DNA from: Bacteroidales bacterium
GTDB lineage: Bacteria > Bacteroidota > Bacteroidia > Bacteroidales > VadinHA17
Length of the DNA stretch: 64,000 bases
Assembly (NCBI GenBank): GCA_020201035.1
Contig: JAIVHO010000002.1
Location: 77,882-141,881 of the forward strand
Reading direction: 5' to 3'
Shown: positions 56,229-64,000 of the stretch, piece by piece
Numbering within the stretch: position 1 is the stretch's first letter
How the letters are laid out: every line of letters begins with the position of its first letter
The notes under the pieces: model-generated
What the model saw: the letters and a program-made list of their open reading frames with translations, nothing else
Told to the model about the DNA's origin: nothing
The model's database searches: none
Position numbers and translations under genes: made by a program

Positions 56229-56376
56229 ATATAGATATGACGATTTGTTCGTTTTTCATGACAAAATTACAATTTATAGCCGATATTGTACTCTATTATT
56301 GCCTTAATGAACAACGGTATATATTTTGCGGTTAGTGTGTAAATATTACTATTAAGATAATTAAGCAAAAAGAGTT

Positions 56377-56736
56377 ATGGTTGAACATTTGACAAAAGAG
56401 ACTTTTATTGAAAAAGTATTTAATTACGAGGAGAACAAAGACTGGAAATTTGAAGGAGATAAACCATGTCTGATAGATTTTTACGCAGACTGGTGTGCCC
56501 CTTGTAAAATGGTGGCTCCTATTCTTGAAGATCTGAGTAAGGAGTATGGTGAAAAACTTAATATATACAAGATTGACACTGAAGCAGAACAGGAACTGGC
56601 CGGAATTTTTGGGGTAAGGAGCATTCCGTCACTTCTTTTTGTTCCCAGCGATGGACAGCCTCAGATGGCTATGGGTGCCCTTCCGAAGGAGACATTTGAA
56701 AAGGCGATCAAGGATGTTCTGGGAGTAGAAAAATAA
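56377..56736 (+). CDS. thioredoxin
   Basis: 119 aa with a WCAPCK active site. Confidence 0.9.
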   Translation: MVEHLTKETFIEKVFNYEENKDWKFEGDKPCLIDFYADWCAPCKMVAPILEDLSKEYGEKLNIYKIDTEAEQELAGIFGVRSIPSLLFVPSDGQPQMAMGALPKETFEKAIKDVLGVEK

Positions 56737-56881
56737 TTTTATATTAAAAAAACGTTAAATCTATTAAAAGTATCTTTTGTTTGTGGAACAATTCGTAACT
56801 TTATTACGTTTAACAGACAGAAGGTAGTACTGAGAAAAAGTAGTTTGTTTTCTGTGATTTAGGTTTAGGGATTTTAGGGAG

Positions 56882-56914
56882 AATCAGGACGTTCAGGTCC
56901 TGATTTTCTTTTTT
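56882..56914 (+). terminator. intrinsic terminator (plus strand, about 150 nt after thioredoxin; abuts the xseB stop)
   Basis: Stem aatcaggac / gtcctgatt with a 6-nt loop, followed by ttcttttttt. Confidence 0.45.
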
Positions 56915-57110
56915 ACTCCATTTCATCCAGAATTTTGTCAATCTCTTCTTCCGTAGACTTTAACTTTTTCCGGCATATTTTAATCAGTTCAGATGCTCTT
57001 TTAACCTTTCCGGAGAGCTCATCCACATCAGGTTCGCCTGATTCAATCTGTTCAAGGATATTTTCCAGTTCCTTTATCGCCTCGTTGAAAGAAATCTTTT
57101 TTTCAGCCAT
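56913..57110 (-). CDS. xseB: exodeoxyribonuclease VII small subunit
   Basis: 65 aa. SFNEAIKELENILEQIESGE... matches the XseB pattern. Confidence 0.85.
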   Translation of the reverse strand: MAEKKISFNEAIKELENILEQIESGEPDVDELSGKVKRASELIKICRKKLKSTEEEIDKILDEME

Positions 57111-59028
57111 TATTATCAGTTATATGTAGGAAAAATGTTGTTTCAGTTCCTGGCTTTGTCTGAAAGCTGAGCCATGAGCCGTTTAATTCAGCCAGGTGCT
57201 TTGCAATCAGTAGCCCAATACCGAGAGGTCCTTCCTTACCTGACGGATCTCTTTCAATATCAAAAATCTTATCCTGCAGGGAGACGGGTATACCTTTTCC
57301 GAAGTCGGTAATTGAAATAACAGATCCTGATGTAGCCCTCTGACCCCGGATAATTACATCGGATTTTGCCGGTGAATGACTTATGGCATTTTCAACTAAT
57401 ATCCTGATCACCGATTTTAGAGAGTGTCTGTCATATGAAACCGACACTTCAGGATCTATATCAAACCTTACCCTTACATCATTTTTTACTGCCTTACCGA
57501 GCATCTCGGGTAACTGGTCATGCATAAAATCATTTAGCTGGATAGTGCTTTTTTTAATTGTGTATTTGCCTCTCTGTAGTTTTGACCACAAAAGTATTCT
57601 TTTAAGGTTCTTTTCTATATAGTCGCCGGTTGCCACAATCTCCCTGAGACTGGAAAGAAACTGATCCCGTGCAATAGTATTCTGACTCAGAACCAGAAGC
57701 TTCTCAAGACTTCTGGTAAGTCTCTCAAACGGTATCTGGAGTCGGCCCGATATCATCCTGAAAAACATGTTTTTACTTGCCCGGGTCTTTAGGATTTTCT
57801 CCTTGTATCTGAGGTTTCTTTCGTAGGCAGCTTCAAGTTCATGCTTCCTTGTTGTAAGAATACCGGCGTTGCGCCTGACAGAAAGATGACTGATCATCAG
57901 GTTTAAAAGTAGTAGTGTCACAAGGGCAAGAGCTCCAATCATTACATATTTAATCCTCTCTTCAATCTGGATCCTTTCGGCAGAGAGCCTGTTGATCTCA
58001 TTAAGAGACTGTAACTCCTCCTCCGATATCCTGAGATTAAAGCGGGTTTTAAATTCTGAAGTCATAGTAACAGTATGATGCCTCTCCTGGTTCATGTGGA
58101 GTTTTCTTGCCAGCCTTGAGTAGTGCAGCCCCTTTTCTGTATCTCCGTTCTCCAGGAAAGTGTCTGATAGTTTGAGGAATGTTGTGACCGGTGAAATTAC
58201 CTCCACAATATAAACCGAATCAGTCCTTACCTTTTTAATATATTCCTCACACCTGTCCAGATCTTTGACAGCAAGGTAATATGTAGCCCACCGGAGGTTT
58301 ATCATCTGTTCATAGGATTTACTGCCAACAATTGAATTCTCCTCTTCAAGTTTTCGAATCCAGTATGGAGCCTGCTCCGGTGAGAGGATGTTGAGGTTGT
58401 CAGCAATAAAGGCAATACAGTCTATTCTTCTTGGATACCCGGTTATATTGCCATAGTATTCAATTGCCTGGTAAAGATTTCTGAGGCTGACCTCATAATT
58501 TCCGTACTCAAGGTGTACCTCTCCCAGTGTTGTTAATCCATCGCCTATTCGGCGGGTATTTCCGGACATCTTTCTGACAGCAACAGATTCATTATAAAGT
58601 TTCAGCGAGTTAAGTGTATCATCCCTGGTGTGGTGGACGAGTGCAAGATTATGGCATTCAGTTGCAAGGCCTTCAAAATGATTCAGGGAGTCGTAAATAG
58701 CGTAGGCCTTAAGATAGTACTCTTCAGCCTGGGAGGCAAGACCTGAAGTGTAATAGAGGTTTCCGTAGAGGTTATAGTTTTCGGCAACAGCGACAGGGTT
58801 ATTTAAGCTTTTAGCAATCTCATACCTCTGGTCAGCATATCTGAGCGCCAGCTTGAGGGATGTCCCCTGGTACGATTTTGCCGCTTCCATCAGGGCTTCA
58901 AGTTTTCCGTCTCCTTCGGTCTGACTTATCCTCAGATCAACAGAATCAGGATCCTGCACCGCATAAACAATATTATACTGTGACAGCAGAAGCAGGGATA
59001 TGATCGCTAATATAAAGATCCTATTCAT
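57103..59028 (-). CDS. TPR-repeat sensor histidine-kinase paralog with a degenerate H-box (Gly replaces the phospho-acceptor His)
   Basis: Signal peptide, TPR-like region, one TM helix (aa about 361-382), H-box-equivalent FFRMISGRLQIPF, and an intact HATPase_c domain (ENAISHS, DFGKGI, GIGLLI). Confidence 0.78.
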   Translation of the reverse strand: MNRIFILAIISLLLLSQYNIVYAVQDPDSVDLRISQTEGDGKLEALMEAAKSYQGTSLKLALRYADQRYEIAKSLNNPVAVAENYNLYGNLYYTSGLASQAEEYYLKAYAIYDSLNHFEGLATECHNLALVHHTRDDTLNSLKLYNESVAVRKMSGNTRRIGDGLTTLGEVHLEYGNYEVSLRNLYQAIEYYGNITGYPRRIDCIAFIADNLNILSPEQAPYWIRKLEEENSIVGSKSYEQMINLRWATYYLAVKDLDRCEEYIKKVRTDSVYIVEVISPVTTFLKLSDTFLENGDTEKGLHYSRLARKLHMNQERHHTVTMTSEFKTRFNLRISEEELQSLNEINRLSAERIQIEERIKYVMIGALALVTLLLLNLMISHLSVRRNAGILTTRKHELEAAYERNLRYKEKILKTRASKNMFFRMISGRLQIPFERLTRSLEKLLVLSQNTIARDQFLSSLREIVATGDYIEKNLKRILLWSKLQRGKYTIKKSTIQLNDFMHDQLPEMLGKAVKNDVRVRFDIDPEVSVSYDRHSLKSVIRILVENAISHSPAKSDVIIRGQRATSGSVISITDFGKGIPVSLQDKIFDIERDPSGKEGPLGIGLLIAKHLAELNGSWLSFQTKPGTETTFFLHITDNNG

Positions 59029-60961
59029 GTCCTGAAGGAATTATTATGGTAATGGTAGTCCCCTCACCCTCTGAACTGGCTATATGCATGCTGCTGCCGT
59101 AAAGATCCAGCAGTTCCATGCATATGGTAAGTCCCAGTCCGCTTCCCTTTTCATGCTGCGTTCCGGGATTTGATATAAAATACTCTTTTGATTCAAGCTT
59201 TAGTCTGTATTCCTCCGGCATTCCTGTACCGTAATCCCGGGTAATAACGGAGATCATTTTTCCTGATTTGCCAATCCTGATGTCGATTGAATTGTTTTCA
59301 AAGCTGAATTTAACAGCATTGCTGATAACATTGCGCATTACGGAACTGAAAATTTCCCTGTTGATCAATCCTCTTGCTTCCCTGTTTCCGCTGATATTTA
59401 TCTTAAGGCTTTTTTTATGCAATGCAGCGGAAAATATGGAGGTAACATTCTCAAGTTCCCCGGTAATTTTGAAACTTGTTGAAGGAGGCATATGCTGATC
59501 TCCCTGCAGCAGCGCCATGTTACGAAGGTTCGAAAGCAGCTGGTTGAGGTGAAATGATGTTTCTGACAACAGAGTGGTATATTCTGTTATATCCTCCTTT
59601 TCGATACTGTCATAGTCGGTAAGCATCAGTCGGGAGAATCCCAGGATGGCCTGGAACGGGTTTATCAGATCGTGCGCAAAGACTGAGATAAGTGTGTCGA
59701 GCAGATTATTTTCCTTCTCCAGCAAATGGTTGCTGCTATTAATCTCCCTGTTCAAAATGGCGAGTTTATTGTTCTCGGCGGAGAGAAGCGTACTGTATGA
59801 TTTCCGTAGCCTCCTGAGCCTTATCAGTACTACGATAAAAACGGAAAAGAGTAATATTAATAGCAGGAAGCTGTATATAAACGTTTTAAGTGAACGTTCC
59901 CTTTCCCTGTTTAATCTCAGTTCCTGTTCGGCCGTAATATGTGCTATATTATTAAGATTAAAGGCATAATCAGTCATTAACAGCGATACCAGTTCCTCTC
60001 TGCTATATGAAGTTCTTGAGAATTCAGTTTCACGGAGTAGCTTTTCAAATTGAAGGGCCATATCATAATTACCCAGTTGAGCGTATGCTTTCGAAAGATA
60101 TTCCAGGGCGTCATATATTTCGGGAATAAATCCGGGATCAGGGGGCGGGTACAGATATTGTCCCAGTTCAGTCACCCTCTTGTAGTCACCCTTGTTGAAA
60201 TATGTCTCCATCGCCGGCTCGCAGAATGAGGCCAGATCTGCGAATCCTGACAGATCAGTCAGTGAGTCGGGAATCATCTCTATCCATTGGAGCGCCTCAT
60301 CATACTGACTTTTACTGTTATAGCACTCTATTATTACTCCAACGACAGTCCCTACAGAGTAATCTTCACGTGTATGGTCAAATTTGCCGTACAGGTCAAA
60401 AGCTATCTCCAGTGCCTTATCATGATTCCCCAGGAGTGATTCAGTGATGGCAACATTTAACTGAAGCGGCAGGTGTATGGGATCGTCAGGGGAGGTGTAG
60501 GCAAGTGCCCGGTTCAGATATTTAAGGGTTGATTCATGATCCTCTACCCTTGCAAAGATAATTGCGATATTATTGTATAGCGAGTTAATACCATCCCTGT
60601 TATCGTTTGCCAGAAGAATATCGAGAGCTTTAAGATAAGCCGAAAGGGATTTTTCATTTTCATTTTTATAGTATCTGAGAATTCCCTGCTGCAAATAAAT
60701 ATCTACGGAATACAGGGGGTTATAATAATAGATAAGGTCAGATAATCCGGAAATACTCATCTCAAGTCCCGCAATATCACCCCTTGTTGAATAGCGTGCG
60801 CCTATTTCCCTCAAATCTGCCGCTGTTTCATTCACCAGATTAGGGGCATGAGGATATTTCAGGCATCTTGTAAAGGAGGGATCCTGGCCTGTTGCTGATG
60901 TTACAGCAGACCCCAGTATTATTATAGGAATAAGATATTTTATCAGATGCATACAGATCAC
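59021..60961 (-). CDS. TPR-repeat sensor histidine kinase
   Basis: Same architecture as the downstream paralog. Canonical H-box VFAHDLINPF (His codon at 59672-59674). HATPase_c motifs NAVKFS, DYGTGM and GSGLGL. Confidence 0.82.
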   Translation of the reverse strand: MICMHLIKYLIPIIILGSAVTSATGQDPSFTRCLKYPHAPNLVNETAADLREIGARYSTRGDIAGLEMSISGLSDLIYYYNPLYSVDIYLQQGILRYYKNENEKSLSAYLKALDILLANDNRDGINSLYNNIAIIFARVEDHESTLKYLNRALAYTSPDDPIHLPLQLNVAITESLLGNHDKALEIAFDLYGKFDHTREDYSVGTVVGVIIECYNSKSQYDEALQWIEMIPDSLTDLSGFADLASFCEPAMETYFNKGDYKRVTELGQYLYPPPDPGFIPEIYDALEYLSKAYAQLGNYDMALQFEKLLRETEFSRTSYSREELVSLLMTDYAFNLNNIAHITAEQELRLNRERERSLKTFIYSFLLLILLFSVFIVVLIRLRRLRKSYSTLLSAENNKLAILNREINSSNHLLEKENNLLDTLISVFAHDLINPFQAILGFSRLMLTDYDSIEKEDITEYTTLLSETSFHLNQLLSNLRNMALLQGDQHMPPSTSFKITGELENVTSIFSAALHKKSLKINISGNREARGLINREIFSSVMRNVISNAVKFSFENNSIDIRIGKSGKMISVITRDYGTGMPEEYRLKLESKEYFISNPGTQHEKGSGLGLTICMELLDLYGSSMHIASSEGEGTTITIIIPSGHE

Positions 60962-60982
60962 TGTTGATCTAAAAATGGGAAA

Positions 60983-62386
60983 TTATTTTTTAATAATAAC
61001 TATTTCACTGTCAAAATTGCCACTGCCAAGTGTTGTATTTACCCTGTCTCCTTTCTTTAACTTATCGGTATTTACCAGAGCCCGTCCGTTAATTCTTGTG
61101 ATTGAATATCCTCTCTTAAGCAGTACATCGGGACTCAGGTTTGTTATATTCCTCTCCAGAAAATTTAATTTATCCCCGGAAGAGTTTTTTATGCCATCCA
61201 ATGCTTTGATGAGTTTACCGTTATATTCACCGAAATATCTTCTCTCTTCCGATATATAGCGTCCAATGTTCCGTTGCATATGGTTACTGTAGCCTGTAAG
61301 ATATATTGTTTGCCTGTTTAACAGTACTCCGGTGAGTGCGGGTATCCTGGACGCAATGTTCCGGAACTTATCAATACGTCCCCTGAGTAACCTGCCGGAT
61401 GCCGGTTTAAGTTCCTTTTCAAGGTTTTGTGCTACCTCTTTACTCTCATCAATTATTTTTATTGTGGCTCTGCTGATATCTCTGGCCAGAGTATTAAGAT
61501 ACATCTCAGTTTCTGCTGTATGATCAATTATAAAGCGGGCGGCAGCAGTAGGTGTCTTAAGATGTCTGTATGCAACCAGATCAGTTACTGAAAGATCCTT
61601 TTCGTGACCTATCCCTGTGATTACAGGAAGAGGGAATTGTGTAATCATATATGCTATGTCATAGTCATCAAACCAGCTCAAATCGGCCTGTGATCCTCCT
61701 CCTCTGACAATAATCACTGCATCAAATTTATGTGATAGTGAGAAGATCTCATCCAGGGCACGGCAGACTGAAGCTGATGTCTCCTTACCCTGCATTACTG
61801 CCCTGAAAAGGGTTAAAGAAAACCGGTATCCCTGATTGTTGCCTGACAGCTCGTTGATAAAATCGGTATATCCGGCTGCACTTTCTGAGGAAATCACCGC
61901 AATATTCTCAGGAAAAAGAGGAAAGGTCATCTCCCTGTTCATCCCGGTCACTCCCTCTTCATCCAGCCTTTTCAGGATAAGATGGCGTTTCAGGGCAATC
62001 TCACCGAGAGTGAAGGACGGATCAATATCGGATATCTGGAGGCTCAGTCCATACAAAGGGTGATAGCTCACGTTAACTTTAACCAGTATCTTCATTCCGG
62101 GCTCCAGACTGCTTCCTGTTGCCGATTTGAAATAGGGGAGGATAAAGCCTGCCCGGGCTGACCAGATCATTGCCCTTAACCTGGCGGAGATAGTATCGTC
62201 TCTTTTTTCCTTCTCTATAAGTTCAAGGTAACAGTGCCCGTTCCCCTGTATCCTGAATTCAGCCACCTCAGCTGTTACCCATACCTGTTCCGGAAATTTA
62301 TCCTCAACCTGTTTTCTGATAATCTCCTGCAGTCCGGCAAGTGAAAGGTAGCCAGGTTTAGGATCATTATTATCAGGAGTTACCAT
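60983..62386 (-). CDS. xseA: exodeoxyribonuclease VII large subunit
   Basis: 467 aa. N-terminal OB-fold region (VWVTAEVAEFR...GHCYLEL), then RGGGS and GIGHE motifs. Confidence 0.9.
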   Translation of the reverse strand: MVTPDNNDPKPGYLSLAGLQEIIRKQVEDKFPEQVWVTAEVAEFRIQGNGHCYLELIEKEKRDDTISARLRAMIWSARAGFILPYFKSATGSSLEPGMKILVKVNVSYHPLYGLSLQISDIDPSFTLGEIALKRHLILKRLDEEGVTGMNREMTFPLFPENIAVISSESAAGYTDFINELSGNNQGYRFSLTLFRAVMQGKETSASVCRALDEIFSLSHKFDAVIIVRGGGSQADLSWFDDYDIAYMITQFPLPVITGIGHEKDLSVTDLVAYRHLKTPTAAARFIIDHTAETEMYLNTLARDISRATIKIIDESKEVAQNLEKELKPASGRLLRGRIDKFRNIASRIPALTGVLLNRQTIYLTGYSNHMQRNIGRYISEERRYFGEYNGKLIKALDGIKNSSGDKLNFLERNITNLSPDVLLKRGYSITRINGRALVNTDKLKKGDRVNTTLGSGNFDSEIVIIKK

Positions 62387-63168
62387 TGTATGCCTGTTTT
62401 AGCAGGGTCGGCAATAAGACCGCCTCTCTTCTCAAGTTCGTCGAGCATATCTGTTTCCTTCTGTATGATCTCACTGGCATTTGTTGCTACACCCATCTCA
62501 TAGATTACGGTGCTACTGATTTCCCCTGTTTTGGTGTAGAATGTCCATTCTCCGTCACGCGTATCATTTCTATAGTGGCCTGCCAGCATTTTTGACCCGT
62601 TAGTATTAAAGGCCTCAAAACGACCATTCAATTTGCCATCGGTATAATTACCTTTCAATGCAAGAGTTCCATCGGTATAATACTGTAGCCACTGACCTGT
62701 CTTTGTTCCCCCGGAATAAAACACTCTTTCTGCAAGATTTCCGTTCCAGTGGTATTTGGTGCTCTCTCCTTCCCTTATGTCATCTTTATATATTTCTCTT
62801 CCAAGCAGGGTGTTTCTTAAATAGTCGGAAAAAAACTCCCATTCGCCAATCTTCTTACGGTCTATATAGGAACCTTTGGCAGATAAAAATCCATTGTTAT
62901 GGTATAGCAGGGCGTCAACGGTATCGTTATCATGTCTGTATTGCATCACTGCCATCAGTTGCCCGTTTTTATGGTAGCGCTTTAGTTCACCAACAGGTTT
63001 ATCGTCAATAAAGTGACCCTGGTAAAGTATGTTTCCGTTCTCATACCTGGCAATCCATTCGCCCTGCCTCAGCCCGCTGGAATCGGTTATATTGATGTTT
63101 TCCTGTGCGTTAACAGGAACAGGGAAAATCATTGAAACCAGAAGTAGTGATAGAATAACTTTTTTCAT
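62380..63168 (-). CDS. secreted MORN-variant repeat protein (YwqK-like family)
   Basis: 262 aa, signal peptide. About 8 repeats of the G.W..Y..NG....G.Y..G...G type. 7-nt overlap with xseA. Confidence 0.68.
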   Translation of the reverse strand: MKKVILSLLLVSMIFPVPVNAQENINITDSSGLRQGEWIARYENGNILYQGHFIDDKPVGELKRYHKNGQLMAVMQYRHDNDTVDALLYHNNGFLSAKGSYIDRKKIGEWEFFSDYLRNTLLGREIYKDDIREGESTKYHWNGNLAERVFYSGGTKTGQWLQYYTDGTLALKGNYTDGKLNGRFEAFNTNGSKMLAGHYRNDTRDGEWTFYTKTGEISSTVIYEMGVATNASEIIQKETDMLDELEKRGGLIADPAKTGIQW

Positions 63169-63192
63169 TGCAACGATTTTGGATTGTAAAAA

Positions 63193-63221
63193 TAAAAAAA
63201 CACCCTGACAATTCAGGGTGT
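63193..63221 (-). terminator. intrinsic terminator of dnaK
   Basis: Stem acaccctga / tcagggtgt with a 4-nt loop, followed on the minus strand by T7. Lies 26 nt after the dnaK stop. Confidence 0.7.
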
Positions 63222-63246
63222 TTCTTCAATTAGTTGTTATGGCCGT

Positions 63247-64000
63247 CTATTTGACCTCCTCAAAATCGACATCGGTTACTTCATCACCACCGCTGCCTTT
63301 ATCCTTTCCGGAACCTGGCTCTTCACCCTGTTGACCGGCTTCAGGCCCTGCCTGTGAAGCCTTGTAAAGATCTTCTGATGCAGCCTGCCAGCCTGCATTT
63401 AGCTCTGTCATTGCTTTGTCAATAGCTTCCAGGTTCTGTGACTTATGAGCCTCTTTCAGATCAGATAGTGACTGCTCAATAGGTGCCTTTTTGTCTGCAG
63501 GCAACTTGTCTCCGAACTCCTTTAGCTGTTTTTCAGTCTGGAATATCAGGCTGTCGGCAGCGTTGACCTTGTCAACAGACTCCCTCGCTTTTTTATCGGC
63601 CTCTTCATTTGCCTTTGCTTCATCCTTCATCTTTCTGATCTCGTCCTCACTGAGGCCTGAAGATGCTTCTATCCTGATCCTCTGTTCTTTGCCTGTGCCC
63701 TTGTCTCTTGCTGAAACATTAAGAATACCGTTTGCATCAATGTCAAAGGTTACCTCTATCTGCGGTATGCCTCTTGGAGACGGCGGAATTCCGTCAAGAT
63801 GGAATCTTCCTATTGTTTTGTTGCCTCCGGCCATAGGTCTTTCACCCTGAAGAACATGAATCTCCACTGAAGGTTGATTGTCCGCTGCCGTAGTAAATGT
63901 CTCTGTCTTTTTTGTAGGAATTGTTGTGTTTGACTCAATGAGTTTTGTCATTACTCCACCCATTGTTTCAATTCCAAGTGAGAGAGGTGTTACGTCAAGA
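63247..64000 (-). CDS. dnaK: molecular chaperone DnaK, 3' portion (continues beyond the right edge)
   Basis: The frame is open to 64000. ..[21 protein letters not shown].., EIHVLQGER, and a C-terminal DVDFEEVK. Confidence 0.95.
   Translation of the reverse strand, partial: LDVTPLSLGIETMGGVMTKLIESNTTIPTKKTETFTTAADNQPSVEIHVLQGERPMAGGNKTIGRFHLDGIPPSPRGIPQIEVTFDIDANGILNVSARDKGTGKEQRIRIEASSGLSEDEIRKMKDEAKANEEADKKARESVDKVNAADSLIFQTEKQLKEFGDKLPADKKAPIEQSLSDLKEAHKSQNLEAIDKAMTELNAGWQAASEDLYKASQAGPEAGQQGEEPGSGKDKGSGGDEVTDVDFEEVK

Overview
This 64-kb chromosomal segment reads as a Bacteroidota genome. Support: the T9SS/gliding genes porV, porU and gldJ; two PorP/SprF paralogs; type-A and type-B T9SS C-terminal sorting domains; TAnnTTTG-type -7 boxes; many lipoproteins. 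I call about 50 CDS and one tRNA-Val(TAC). I saw no rRNA, CRISPR array, transposase, integrase or phage genes.

Most genes are housekeeping: alaS, hutU, ispF, murF, ppa, folC, mtaB, xseA/xseB, the dnaK 3' part, thioredoxin and a CCA-adding-type enzyme. There is also an envelope/secretion block and a 1980-aa T9SS adhesin operon.

I did not find a convincing new multi-gene (for example defence-type) system. The unusual content is mostly structural or non-coding:
1. Near-perfect 82-bp inverted repeats (80/82 by hand alignment) at 36771-36852 and 44192-44273 bracket a 7.3-kb six-gene segment. It contains lipid- and redox-flavoured genes, including a DAK2-DegV (FakA-N/FakB-like) fusion, and is partly low in GC.
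2. Directly beside it, the last 16 nt of tRNA-Val plus its terminator are duplicated as a 52-bp direct repeat 178 bp away. This is an att-like scar with no integrase nearby.
3. A roughly 1-kb gene-free region (36263-37256) carries a 97-nt perfectly duplicated element. It folds on the + strand into three hairpins capped by UUCG, CUUG and CUUG tetraloops.
4. Sequence-unrelated tandem arrays sit at gene boundaries. Three share a 15-bp period, one has a 24-bp period and one a 77-bp period.
5. Two paralogous TPR sensor kinases are wedged, with overlapping stop/start codons, between xseA and xseB. One has Gly in place of the phospho-acceptor His.

All calls come from reading the sequence and recognising motifs by eye. 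No searches were run, so family assignments and repeat copy numbers outside this window remain untested.
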